64,000 nt of DNA. Source: Polyangiaceae bacterium. Its GTDB lineage: Bacteria; Myxococcota_A; Polyangia; Polyangiales; Polyangiaceae. The stretch spans positions 378,094 through 442,093 of the forward strand of contig JBILLK010000005.1 of assembly GCA_044376115.1 (NCBI GenBank). Reading direction: 5' to 3'. Made by a program: the position numbers and the translations under genes. Shown here in pieces: positions 8,307 to 17,899 of this stretch. The stretch's first letter is position 1. Each line of letters opens with the position of its first letter. The notes under the pieces were generated by a model. The model ran no database searches and was not told the origin of the DNA. It saw only the letters and a program-made list of their open reading frames with translations.

Positions 8307-11243
8307 GTGGATGATTCATTCCAGCTCGTCGGCACCGCCATTGAAGATCGCTATCGCGTCGACGCGGTAATCGGGGAGGGCGGTTTCGGGGTGGTTTACC
8401 GCGGGTACCACCTGCGGTTGGAGCATCCCATTGCGATCAAGTGTCTCAAGATTCCCGGCCACTTCACCTCGGAAGCACGGGAGCTCTTTCTCTCGCGCTT
8501 CCGCGAGGAAGGTCGCATCCTGATCAAGCTCGCCGACGCTTCTGGCGTTCCCCGCATCTACGACTACGGCATTGCTGAGGCTCGCGGACAAAAAGTGCCC
8601 TTCTTGGTGCTTGAGTGGCTCGACGGCCAGACGCTCGAGGACTCGATGCGCGCGCGGCGGAGTTCGGGTCTCGGCGGGCTTAGCCCCACCGAGGCGCTCT
8701 TTCTATTCCTGCCGGCCGTGGACGCGATCGCCGTGGCTCATGAGCACCACATCGCGCATCGAGACATCAAGCCGCCGAATATGTTCTTGGTGCGCGGTAG
8801 CAAAGGGCCAACCATGAAGGTGCTCGACTTCGGCATCGCGAAGGCCATGCAGGAGGGTGAGGCCTTGGCGCAAGCCAAGACGCAGACGGCCACGAGCTTT
8901 CGGGCGTTTACGCCGAACTATGCAGCCCCCGAGCAGTTTGCGCCGAAGCGCTACGGGGCGAGCGGCCCTTGGACCGACGTACACGCGTTGGGCTTGTTGC
9001 TGTTTGAAATGCTCACGGCGGTGCAAGCCAACAAAGGGGAGGATCTCGTCGAATGCCTCGAGTTCGCTACGTCCGAGTCACGGCCTTCGGCAAAGGCTGC
9101 GGGCGCCGCCATCTCCGATGCGCTCGAGGCCGTGCTCGCGCGAGCGATAGCGCGCAATCCGGAGCAGCGCTTTTCTGATGCGGGCGCGTTCGCAGCGGCG
9201 CTCCGAGCGCTCCCCGAGGCCTCCGCGTTGCCTACCCAACCGCTAGCGGTAACGCGCCTCGAGTCGCAGCCGGCCACCGAGCGAGGCGAGCCACTGCCGG
9301 CTCAGCTTTCACAGGTCTCGGGTCGAACGACGCCGCTCGTAGCTCCAACCCCGAGCGCGGTGGCGCCTCCCAATCCAGCCGCTGCGACGCTGATCGCCGG
9401 TGCTCAGCCTGCCCCTGCAGGGATGTTGTCGCAGCAAGCTGAGCGAACCGAGTTGCCGTTTGGTGGTGTGGGCGCTCCGGGGGCAAACGCCGTTACGAAC
9501 CTTGAAGCACCGGTGCTCGCAAGGCCGGTGCAACCGGTGAAGCCGCGTTCCTCCGGAGGTAAGGGCGTCGCTATCGGAGCGGGCCTTTTGGTGATGGTGG
9601 GTATCGGAGCTGTCGCCTTTCTATCGCTTCGCCCGAGTCAGAGCAGCCGTCACCAATCCCTGGACGCCGAGGTCTCGGGCGTCGTCTCCGCTGACTATTC
9701 GCTGAATAGCGAGGTCAGCTATGCATTTGAGGTTTTGCCCGGTCGGGATCTCTACGTGCCAGTGCCCATCTCGGAGACGGAGGTCAAAGGCAAGACCCAC
9801 TACCGACTCACGCGGATCGAGGACCAGATTGTTCAAGTGGACAAGGTTGGCCCCGCGGGGAACGTGCTCGAGAGCTCGGCGATCAAACGCCAGGCGGATG
9901 GTGGCTGGACTAGAACCAAAACCAACGGGCGTCAGGTGATCATCGAGACCGTCAAGCAAACGGCTGCAGGCATCGAGACCCACGAAAATCGCTACGGATA
10001 CCCCTTTGAACAAGGCTGCGCTCGCTGGCAGTTGACGTTCACCAAAGCGGGCGACATCGAAAAGCGGATCTGTCAGGACCAAGGGGGACACGTCATCATC
10101 GACAGTAGCGGCTGCCAGGTGCTCGCCTTCACTAGCAATGAGCAACACCAACTCGTCGATGCGAAGTGTCAACAGGAAGACGGCACCCCCGTGATGGACG
10201 CCTCGGGCGTGTACACTCGCAAGTTCGCCTTCGACGACAAAGGAAGATTGAGCGAGATTGCCTATTACTCAATAGGTGGTAGCGCCGTAACCAACGTCAA
10301 CGGCTGTGCTCGCAATCGGTTTACCTACGACAATGCCTCCAACATCCTCGAACAGCAATGCATCGGTCCTACTGGCATGATAACGACCTTCGCCAACTCG
10401 GCCGTCGCAGCGACGCGTCGCAGCTATGACGCGAATGGCTGTGTTCTCGAGGAGATGAACGTTGATAGCTCGGGCCGTCCGATTCAGTATGGGGACGCCG
10501 CCGGGCGCCGCTTCGGGCGGAACCAGTATTGCGAGGAAATTTCCTCCGCCGTAGTCGACGTGCAAGGTCGGCTGGCCGGGGCAGCGGATAGTGTGGTGTC
10601 CATCGAGCAAGAGTTCGACGGAGAAGGCAACGCGATCACCCAGCGCTGTTTCAACAAGCAGAAGAAGCCGTTCAATTGTGCTGGCTTGGCCGCATCGAAG
10701 GAGGACGGCTCGCTGCTTCGCTTTACCTTCGACGATAAGGGCCGCAACCTGGTCGAGAAGGCCTTCAATGCTGCAGGCCAGCCCACGATCGCTCAGCTCA
10801 ACTATCAGCACGAAGCGCGCAAGACCTACAACGAGTATGGGCAGGTCGTGGAGGTGCGCCACTTCGACGTAGAGGGTAAGCCAGCTCCGGTCCTCGGCAA
10901 TGTAGCGGTAAGGCGCATTCGCTACGATGCACTTGGTTCAGAGGTGTCCAACGCGAGCTTTGGCGTCAACGACGAGCCGGTCGCCGACCGCACGTTGGTG
11001 CACGAGATTCGCCGCAGCTACGATGAACTTCATCGGCTATCGACAGTCGAGTTGCGCGACGAAAGGGGCGAGTTGGTCAAGAAGAACTCGCTGCTGCTCG
11101 GCCGTATGACTTGGCCGACTCGGGCCGCCCAATTGGTGGTTGAACGGCAGGGCAGCCAGGTTTGGAACCGCTTCCTCGATGCCACGGGCAAAGAGATTTC
11201 AGCGCTGGATTGCTCGAAGCCAACGACGATCTGCGAGCAGTGA
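8307..11243 (+). CDS. Membrane Ser/Thr protein kinase with an extracytoplasmic YD/RHS-like repeat domain
   Basis: GEGGFGVV, AIK, HRDIKPPN, DFG, APE; Pro-rich linker; TM (GVAIGAGLLVMVGIGAVAFL); about 9-10 repeats of (Y/F)DxxGxxxExxxxDxxGxP. Confidence 0.9.
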   Translation: MDDSFQLVGTAIEDRYRVDAVIGEGGFGVVYRGYHLRLEHPIAIKCLKIPGHFTSEARELFLSRFREEGRILIKLADASGVPRIYDYGIAEARGQKVPFLVLEWLDGQTLEDSMRARRSSGLGGLSPTEALFLFLPAVDAIAVAHEHHIAHRDIKPPNMFLVRGSKGPTMKVLDFGIAKAMQEGEALAQAKTQTATSFRAFTPNYAAPEQFAPKRYGASGPWTDVHALGLLLFEMLTAVQANKGEDLVECLEFATSESRPSAKAAGAAISDALEAVLARAIARNPEQRFSDAGAFAAALRALPEASALPTQPLAVTRLESQPATERGEPLPAQLSQVSGRTTPLVAPTPSAVAPPNPAAATLIAGAQPAPAGMLSQQAERTELPFGGVGAPGANAVTNLEAPVLARPVQPVKPRSSGGKGVAIGAGLLVMVGIGAVAFLSLRPSQSSRHQSLDAEVSGVVSADYSLNSEVSYAFEVLPGRDLYVPVPISETEVKGKTHYRLTRIEDQIVQVDKVGPAGNVLESSAIKRQADGGWTRTKTNGRQVIIETVKQTAAGIETHENRYGYPFEQGCARWQLTFTKAGDIEKRICQDQGGHVIIDSSGCQVLAFTSNEQHQLVDAKCQQEDGTPVMDASGVYTRKFAFDDKGRLSEIAYYSIGGSAVTNVNGCARNRFTYDNASNILEQQCIGPTGMITTFANSAVAATRRSYDANGCVLEEMNVDSSGRPIQYGDAAGRRFGRNQYCEEISSAVVDVQGRLAGAADSVVSIEQEFDGEGNAITQRCFNKQKKPFNCAGLAASKEDGSLLRFTFDDKGRNLVEKAFNAAGQPTIAQLNYQHEARKTYNEYGQVVEVRHFDVEGKPAPVLGNVAVRRIRYDALGSEVSNASFGVNDEPVADRTLVHEIRRSYDELHRLSTVELRDERGELVKKNSLLLGRMTWPTRAAQLVVERQGSQVWNRFLDATGKEISALDCSKPTTICEQ

Positions 11244-11289
11244 GCGTTCCGCGCTGTTCGCCCAGAAACAGCTGAGCTAGCGAAGACCG

Positions 11290-12417
11290 GTGCTGTCACC
11301 GAAAGACTTCTTCGACGCTCTCCGCTCCTCCAACGTAGCTCTTTTTGCCGGCGTCCCCGATTCGCTACTCAAAGACTTCTGCGCCTATGTAACGGATAAC
11401 GCTCCGCGCGAGCGTCACGTGATTACGGCCAATGAGGGCAGCGCCGTCGCTCTCGTCATGGGGCACTATCTGGCGACGGGAGAGCTGGGCATGGTTTACA
11501 TGCAGAACTCCGGCTTGGGTAACACCGTCAATCCGCTCACCTCGCTGGCTGACCCGGCCGTGTACGGAATCCCGATGTTGCTAATGGTCGGTTGGCGCGG
11601 TCGTCCGGACGAACATGATGAGCCGCAGCACGTACAAATGGGCCGCGTCACGTTGGCGACGCTGCATGCCATTGGCATCAAGACGACCATCCTGCCCGAC
11701 ACGATGGAGGAGGCGAAGGCCGCTCTCGAGCTCGCGATCGCCGATGCAAAAGGGCGGAGCGCCCCCCACGCTTTGGTGGTCAAGAAAGGCACCTTCGACG
11801 GCTACAAGCTGCAGGCGAAAGATACGAACTCGTACAGCCTTACGCGTGAAGCGGCGATCGAGCAGATCGTCGCTGCGCTACCTGCAGACGCTTGCGTCGT
11901 CGCAACCACAGGCATGCCGTCTCGCGAATTGTTCGAGATCCGTGAGCGTCGCAAAGAGACGCACGGGTCGGACTTCTTGACTGTCGGCGGCATGGGTCAC
12001 GCCTCCCAAATTGCGCTTGGTGTTGCGCTCGCGCGCCCGAACCGAAAGGTCGTGTGCCTCGACGGTGATGGCGCCGTATTGATGCATATGGGCGGCCTAA
12101 CGACGATTGGGCAGTTGGCGCCGAAGAACTACTATCACGTAGTGCTCAACAACGGCGCGCACGACAGCGTTGGTGGGCAGCCCACCGTGGCCTTCGACGT
12201 GGATTTGCCGGCGGTGGCCCGTGCCTCCGGGTACCCACATACCAGCGCGGCGACGGATGAGGCTTCTTTGGCGGCGGCGCTTACCAGCTTCTTTGCTGGG
12301 GAAGGGCCGAGCTTGCTGGAGGTCCGCGTGAAGAAGGGTGCTCGCAAAGACTTGGGCCGTCCAACGCAGTCACCTGCTGATTTGACGCGCGACTTCAGCG
12401 CTTTTTTGCAGAAGTAG
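11290..12417 (+). CDS. aepY: Phosphonopyruvate decarboxylase (ThDP-dependent)
   Basis: GVPDSLLK, NEGSAV, YMQNSGLGNTVNPLTSL, GWRG..DEPQH, DFLTVGGMGHASQIALG, DGDGAVLMHMG, NNGAHDSVGGQPT. Confidence 0.88.
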   Translation: MLSPKDFFDALRSSNVALFAGVPDSLLKDFCAYVTDNAPRERHVITANEGSAVALVMGHYLATGELGMVYMQNSGLGNTVNPLTSLADPAVYGIPMLLMVGWRGRPDEHDEPQHVQMGRVTLATLHAIGIKTTILPDTMEEAKAALELAIADAKGRSAPHALVVKKGTFDGYKLQAKDTNSYSLTREAAIEQIVAALPADACVVATTGMPSRELFEIRERRKETHGSDFLTVGGMGHASQIALGVALARPNRKVVCLDGDGAVLMHMGGLTTIGQLAPKNYYHVVLNNGAHDSVGGQPTVAFDVDLPAVARASGYPHTSAATDEASLAAALTSFFAGEGPSLLEVRVKKGARKDLGRPTQSPADLTRDFSAFLQK

Positions 12418-12435
12418 AACGAACAAACTTGAGAG

Positions 12436-13983
12436 TCAGTACGCCGGTTCCGGCTCTTGAGCAGGTTCCGGCGGAGTCCCTTCAGGTGCCTCTGGTGCGT
12501 GGCAGCGGTCCACGGCTTCTTCTTCCAACTCGAGGATGCGCTCATTGACCTTCTCGTCGAGCGTGTTTCCCGCGGCCATTCCCCGGATCATGCGCGCCAT
12601 CGCCAAGTAGTCGCGGCTGGCTTCCTCTCCCCAGTCCTCCTCAAAGTCGGTGGCCACCCGCTTGAGGTCTTTTGCGATGCGCTCGAAATCACCGGCGATT
12701 GCCTGAAAGTCGGGCTCGTCCACGGCGAGTCTACCGCGCGCGGTTTGGCTCCGATTGTGGAGCTCCTCGAGCTCGGCACAGATGGATTTGGCGGGTCGCT
12801 TCTTGCGCGGTGGTTCCTTGTCGTCGTCATCCGCGTTGTTGCTGCGGCTTTGCTTCTTGGTGCGGTTGCGGTTGGCGAGCCCGAGCCCGAGCACCAAGGT
12901 CAGCGCCGCCGCTGCTCCCCCCAAGAGCAGCATTCGCCGGTTGGACGGAGCAGCGGGAGCCTGCGCGGGGCTCGCCGCTGGAGTTTGGTCTGCGGAAGCG
13001 CCAGTCGGGAGCTGGGGACCCGAGGGCTGATGCGCCCAGGCCTGCGTCATCGGCGTTGGGCCTCCTGTTGGTGACGCCATCAAAGCGGGGTTCATCGCCT
13101 GGCCGAGGGCGCTGAAGCCAGCCATCGCCCGCTCGATATCGACTTCGCGCCGGGCTGGATCGCGTTCGACGAGGCGCAAAAACCAAGCGTCGAACGCCGG
13201 CGGAATGAGCGATCCTACGCCGAGCTCCAACGCCCGCTGACTCGGCGGCACGATCGGCTCGAAGAGGAGCTCACGAAGCAGCGTGTGCATACCGCTGCCG
13301 GCGTCGCTGGCCGCTCTCCAATAAGGCCGACCGGTGAGCAGATAGAACATGATCAGCCCGACCGCCCAAAGATCGGTACCTGGCCCAACGTGCGCTTGCC
13401 GCTCCGATTGTTCGGGGGCCATCCACAGCGGCGTACCAAGGCCCATCGTTGCGCTGCTCTGCAGCTCGGTGACGAGCTTGGCGATCCCGAAGTCGAGGAT
13501 CTTCAGGTGAAACTCGGCGTTCGCGCTGCGGGGTACGGCCAGAAACAGATTGCCCGGCTTGAGGTCGCGATGAACCACCCCGACTCGGTGAGCGCGCGAG
13601 AGCGCATGCGCGAGCTGTTTACCGATCAGCGCCGCCTCCGCGAATGGGCGCGGCCCCAAGCGCTTGACGCGCACCTCGAGGTCTTCGCCGACGAGCAGCT
13701 CCATCACCAGCCACGGCACCCAACCGTTGGCCTCGATGCCCGAAGCGATCACCGAGACGACGTGGTCGCTGTCGATGCGCGAGCCGATGCGGGCCTCGAG
13801 TAGAAAGCGGTCCCGCATGGTTTGGTCCACCACCAGCTCTGGGCGCATCAATTTGAGCGCCCGCTTCGCTCCGGTGGACAGCTGCTCAACGGCGAACACC
13901 GAGCCCATACCGCCCGACGACAACGCACGCTCGATACGAAAATCTCCCGCAAAGATGGAGCCCGGAGCGAGCGATAGATTCAC
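12436..13983 (-). CDS. Membrane Ser/Thr protein kinase
   Basis: GGMGSV, ALK, HRDLKPGN, DFG, WMAPE; TM LLLGGAAAALTLVLGLGLA; small helical C-terminal domain with two Cys. Confidence 0.9.
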   Translation of the reverse strand: MNLSLAPGSIFAGDFRIERALSSGGMGSVFAVEQLSTGAKRALKLMRPELVVDQTMRDRFLLEARIGSRIDSDHVVSVIASGIEANGWVPWLVMELLVGEDLEVRVKRLGPRPFAEAALIGKQLAHALSRAHRVGVVHRDLKPGNLFLAVPRSANAEFHLKILDFGIAKLVTELQSSATMGLGTPLWMAPEQSERQAHVGPGTDLWAVGLIMFYLLTGRPYWRAASDAGSGMHTLLRELLFEPIVPPSQRALELGVGSLIPPAFDAWFLRLVERDPARREVDIERAMAGFSALGQAMNPALMASPTGGPTPMTQAWAHQPSGPQLPTGASADQTPAASPAQAPAAPSNRRMLLLGGAAAALTLVLGLGLANRNRTKKQSRSNNADDDDKEPPRKKRPAKSICAELEELHNRSQTARGRLAVDEPDFQAIAGDFERIAKDLKRVATDFEEDWGEEASRDYLAMARMIRGMAAGNTLDEKVNERILELEEEAVDRCHAPEAPEGTPPEPAQEPEPAY

Positions 13984-14043
13984 CCGCCCAAGGTACCGAC
14001 ATGGAGCCGAAGCGCAACGACTGCCGCTGCCCAGCCGCTAGGC

Positions 14044-14757
14044 TCAGGAAAAGCAGCGCACGCCGGGTAGAATTTCGTACAGCGCCACTCGGCTAGGTTT
14101 CTTGGCGCTCTGTCGCGAAGGGACGCTCACGAACTTCCACTCGGGTAACACCAACGCGGTGAGCCTGCCGCCGTACGCGCAGCCGGTGTCGACGGCCGCA
14201 GCATTGGCGTGAACGAAGGGTTCGGCCACCACCGTATGACCGAAGATGATCCGCTCCGGGCCTCCCCATTGTGTGGCCCAGAACGACGTATCGGCGGGCG
14301 CTTTGGAAGGCCAAAAGCTCTTCTTGTCAAGGCCGTTGGTGTTTTGCAGGTGAAGCAGGTGATAGGGGTCTTGCCGCTCGATTGGACGCCCAGGAAAGAC
14401 GCCTGCGTGGACGACCACGGCTTGGTGCTCGGGTAGCCGAAGGAACAAGGGCAGGCCGCTCAGGTACTGATAGTGGGCCTCCCCGAGGCTCGCCCTCGTT
14501 CGCAGATGTTCGGGCGACAGCTTGTGAGGGGCGCTAAATCTTCGCGCGAGGTGATTCTCCTCATGATTGCCCAGGATCGACTCGAACCTGGCCGCCAGCT
14601 CAACACAGCCGGCCGGGTCAGGTCCACGATCCACGAGGTCGCCTGTGAAGATCACGCGGTCGTGTGGGGATGGCCCTAGCTTGTCCAGCAGGTCGCGCGC
14701 TTCATGCACGCAGCCATGCAGGTCTCCGATGATGAAGGTGCGGTTCATGGTCTTCAC
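14044..14757 (-). CDS. PPP-family metallophosphoesterase (PrpE/ApaH-like)
   Basis: GDLHG, GDLVDRG, GNHE, VHAG, FGHT, DTGCAYGGRLTAL. Start may be ATG 14748. Confidence 0.88.
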   Translation of the reverse strand: MKTMNRTFIIGDLHGCVHEARDLLDKLGPSPHDRVIFTGDLVDRGPDPAGCVELAARFESILGNHEENHLARRFSAPHKLSPEHLRTRASLGEAHYQYLSGLPLFLRLPEHQAVVVHAGVFPGRPIERQDPYHLLHLQNTNGLDKKSFWPSKAPADTSFWATQWGGPERIIFGHTVVAEPFVHANAAAVDTGCAYGGRLTALVLPEWKFVSVPSRQSAKKPSRVALYEILPGVRCFS

Positions 14758-14853
14758 CTACGAGGCAGGCTCGGACGCCTGACGAGTCCTCCCCTCGATG
14801 GCTGAAGCGCCAGTAACCCTGCTTGCGGCCATCGCAGGGGCTCGATCCAGACC

Positions 14854-16440
14854 TTGGATGGCGCTATCGTGACAATCTTGAAAACTCTGCGTCACGGTCC
14901 TGTTCTGCTTGCGCTTCTTGGCCTGGTTCACTGCGACGGGGATTCGTCGTCGATCGACGGTGGCGGTGGGCAAGGCGGTAGCGGTCCGCTCGAGGCACTG
15001 CCGCCGCTCTCGAGGGCGCCGCTCACCACGGAAGAACGGCTCGATCCGGTTCGCTCCCAGGACCAAACGGGCGTGAAAGATCCGCGCCTGACCGACAACG
15101 TGCTCGCGCTGCTCGAGGACGGCTACGGCGATTACAACGTAGTCGAGGGGGAGCCTGTGCTGCGTCGCACGCTCGACGACACCCAAGCACCCGAACCAGG
15201 CGCCAACGCGGCGTTGATTACCCGGTTCGTTCATTTGGCCGATAGCCAACTTGCCGATGATGAGTCCCCCGCCCGCGTAATCAACGTTGATAGCCCAATG
15301 GGGCTCACCGGCGGCGCCTTCCGTCCACAAGAAGGGCACGCGTGTCGCATCCTCAACGCTGCGGTGCGCACCATCAACAAGATCCACGAAGATAGCCCGT
15401 TGTCCTTGGTTCTGCTCGGCGGTGACAACGCTGATAACGCTCAAGCGAATGAAGTCGATTGGGTGCTCTCATTGCTATCCGGTCAAGCCGAGCTCGAGTG
15501 TGATTCGGGCGCAAATGATGATCCGGTTGCAGGCCCCAACAATGATCCGAAGGACCCCTTCGTCGCTGAGGGGCTGGATGTGCCGTGGGTTTGGGTAACT
15601 GGCAATCACGACATCCTCAATCAGGGCAATTATGCGGTGACGTCGTATGCGGATACCTACCTAAGCGACTACTCGGAGGTGGGCGCTCGCGATTGGTCCC
15701 AGCCGGGGGGGCCCGTCGTGGTTGGCGATGTGGTTGCTGATCCAGCTCGCGCGGGCCTCAGCTCAAGCGAGATCCTGACGCGAGTTCGCGCCGACGGAGA
15801 TGGCCACGGCATCACCGAAGAGGCAGCGAGTTCAGGGCGAGCGTACTACCAAGTAGATATTGCCGGCTCCGATGTCCGGCTGCTCGTGCTGGACACTGCG
15901 GCTCCCCTCGGCAGCGCTGAGGGGCTAATCCACCGCGGGGAAGTCGACAATTTCTTGGTACCAGCGCTGGATATGGCGCTCGCGGCCGGTAAGTACGTAA
16001 TCGTCACGTCGCATCATGCCTCTGGCCAGCTCACTGACGGCGGCGGCTTCGGCGGAGTGGCTCAAGACGATGCGGTCCTCACCGAGGAGTTCCGCAACAT
16101 TCTCGGGGAGTACCCCAACGTGCTCATGCACTTGGCGGGGCATACCCACCATCACAAGATCGAACGGCTGGTACCGAGCGAGGCGCCTTATACCTATTGG
16201 GAAGTGGAAACCGCTGCCCTCGCGGACTTCCCGCATCAAATGCGCGTGATTGAGATCTGGGACCTCGACAACGGCTTTCTCAGCATTCGCAGCGTCGCCT
16301 TTGATTATCAGACCGAGAGCGACGCCGTGGCCGAGGAGGGCCGCAGCCTTGGCTTTCTCGACTTTACCTCCGGGTGGCAAGGGGAGGGGCGAGGGGACGC
16401 AAACGATCGTAACGTCGAGCTGTACGTTCCAGCTCCGTGA
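14854..16440 (+). CDS. Exported calcineurin-like metallophosphoesterase (lipoprotein)
   Basis: Lipobox-like LVHC; HLADSQLADDESP, GGDNADN, GNHD, SHH, AGHTH, DFPHQMR. Confidence 0.8.
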   Translation: MDGAIVTILKTLRHGPVLLALLGLVHCDGDSSSIDGGGGQGGSGPLEALPPLSRAPLTTEERLDPVRSQDQTGVKDPRLTDNVLALLEDGYGDYNVVEGEPVLRRTLDDTQAPEPGANAALITRFVHLADSQLADDESPARVINVDSPMGLTGGAFRPQEGHACRILNAAVRTINKIHEDSPLSLVLLGGDNADNAQANEVDWVLSLLSGQAELECDSGANDDPVAGPNNDPKDPFVAEGLDVPWVWVTGNHDILNQGNYAVTSYADTYLSDYSEVGARDWSQPGGPVVVGDVVADPARAGLSSSEILTRVRADGDGHGITEEAASSGRAYYQVDIAGSDVRLLVLDTAAPLGSAEGLIHRGEVDNFLVPALDMALAAGKYVIVTSHHASGQLTDGGGFGGVAQDDAVLTEEFRNILGEYPNVLMHLAGHTHHHKIERLVPSEAPYTYWEVETAALADFPHQMRVIEIWDLDNGFLSIRSVAFDYQTESDAVAEEGRSLGFLDFTSGWQGEGRGDANDRNVELYVPAP

Positions 16441-16455
16441 CGGCGCAGCCTCGTG

Positions 16456-17241
16456 TCAGAAGGTGCGGAGTTGCTCGCCTGCCGTGAAGAGCGCGCGGCG
16501 AGCCAAGACCACCGCAGTGCTTCCCGATACGGCCGCCACAATCACCAGTTGGTACATGATTACGAGTTGGTAGCGGACTGCGTGTTCGGGCGCCGTTCCA
16601 CTCACGATTTGGCCGGTCATCATGCCCGGAAGCGCAACCAGCCCGACGGTGAGCAGCCCGTTGATGGTCGGGATCAGCGCTGCTCGAAGGGCGTCACGAA
16701 CCGGGCGCGCCAGTGCCTGCACCGGGGTGGCCCCGAGGGCGAGCCACTGCTCGATCTCCGCGCGGTCGTTGCATACGGAGGTGAAGAGCCGTTCGAGCAC
16801 CTGAGCCACGACGTTCATCGCGTTGGCGACGATCATCCCCGTGATTGGAACCACGTAGCGCGGGCTCCACCAAGGGTCCGGCTGCACAACGAAGAGAAAG
16901 ACCGGCAGCAGCGCCATCAGCGAGCCCACGGTGATCGCCAGCATGACGCTCGGCAATAGCACTCGAAGCGGAGGACCGTGTTCGATGCGGCGCGCGCTCG
17001 TCCAGGTGGCGGCTGTGAGCATGGTCGAGAGCAGCAACAAGACCCAGGCTGGGTGCTTTGTCTGAAACAGCGTGAGCAGCACGTAACCCACGGCCAACAG
17101 CTGTGCGCCACCACGCAAGATACCGACGACGAGCTCACGACCGAGGTCGAGCTTGGCTGCGCGCGAAACCCAGAGCGAACACACCAGCACGAGGGCCAAA
17201 ACGATGAGCAGCCGCCAGGGCGCAATATCGATGTAGTTCAT
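16456..17241 (-). CDS. fetB: FetB/UPF0014-family ABC transporter permease
   Basis: RGGAQLLAVGYVL, PRYVVPITGMIVANAM, LALGATP, GLVALPGMMTGQIVSG...AVRYQ. ATG 17241 overlaps the upstream gene's stop. Confidence 0.85.
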   Translation of the reverse strand: MNYIDIAPWRLLIVLALVLVCSLWVSRAAKLDLGRELVVGILRGGAQLLAVGYVLLTLFQTKHPAWVLLLLSTMLTAATWTSARRIEHGPPLRVLLPSVMLAITVGSLMALLPVFLFVVQPDPWWSPRYVVPITGMIVANAMNVVAQVLERLFTSVCNDRAEIEQWLALGATPVQALARPVRDALRAALIPTINGLLTVGLVALPGMMTGQIVSGTAPEHAVRYQLVIMYQLVIVAAVSGSTAVVLARRALFTAGEQLRTF

Positions 17242-17888
17242 ACGCGCTGCAGCCTTCCGCGTAGAAAGCGATAGGCGCTGCCAGCTAGCCACGAAGCTTG
17301 TTCGGGCTCATGGCTGACGATGACAACGGCCGCTCCTTGCGCTGCGTAGGCTTTGAGCTCGCAGAGGACGCTACGCGCCGTTTCCGGATCCAAGGCGGCG
17401 GTCGGCTCATCGCAGAGCAAGACTTTGGGATCGAGCGCCAAGGCTCGCGCTAGTGCGACCCGTTGCTGTTCACCGCCAGAGAGCTCTTTGGCGCTGCGCG
17501 AGGTGAAGTCTGCGGCGAGTGCGACTCCTTGCAATAGTCGTCGAAGCTGCTCCTCGTCGAGCTGCGTGCCTCGCAAGCGTGGACCCGCTTGGAGGTTGAC
17601 GCTGCCCGCGAACATCACGGCTCGCTGGGCGACATACCCAACGAGTGAGCGATAGGTTGAGGGCGCCAGGGTTTGCGCGGGCTTTCCATCGAGCCAAAGC
17701 GCTCCTCTTGCGAGCTCTTGCAGTCCGGCGAGCGCGCGGAGCAGCGTGCTTTTGCCGCTGCCTGACGGCCCCTCGATCACCACCACCTCACCCGGGTCGA
17801 GCGAGAACTCGAGCTCGTCCAAAACCAGCCGAGTGTCGAAACGAACCGTGAGCTGACGCGCGCACAGGCGCGGCTTTGGGTCCTGCAT
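17238..17888 (-). CDS. FetA-like ABC transporter ATP-binding protein
   Basis: Walker A GPSGSGKS, signature LSGGEQQR, Walker B LLCDE, H-loop VSH. Start moved to ATG 17888. Confidence 0.85.
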   Translation of the reverse strand: MQDPKPRLCARQLTVRFDTRLVLDELEFSLDPGEVVVIEGPSGSGKSTLLRALAGLQELARGALWLDGKPAQTLAPSTYRSLVGYVAQRAVMFAGSVNLQAGPRLRGTQLDEEQLRRLLQGVALAADFTSRSAKELSGGEQQRVALARALALDPKVLLCDEPTAALDPETARSVLCELKAYAAQGAAVVIVSHEPEQASWLAGSAYRFLRGRLQRV

Positions 17889-17899
17889 CGGCAGGCGCG

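Noticed and set aside
9700..11243. RHS toxin
   Set aside because: No DPxG core motif, toxin tip or immunity gene. The repeats are the ectodomain of a membrane kinase.
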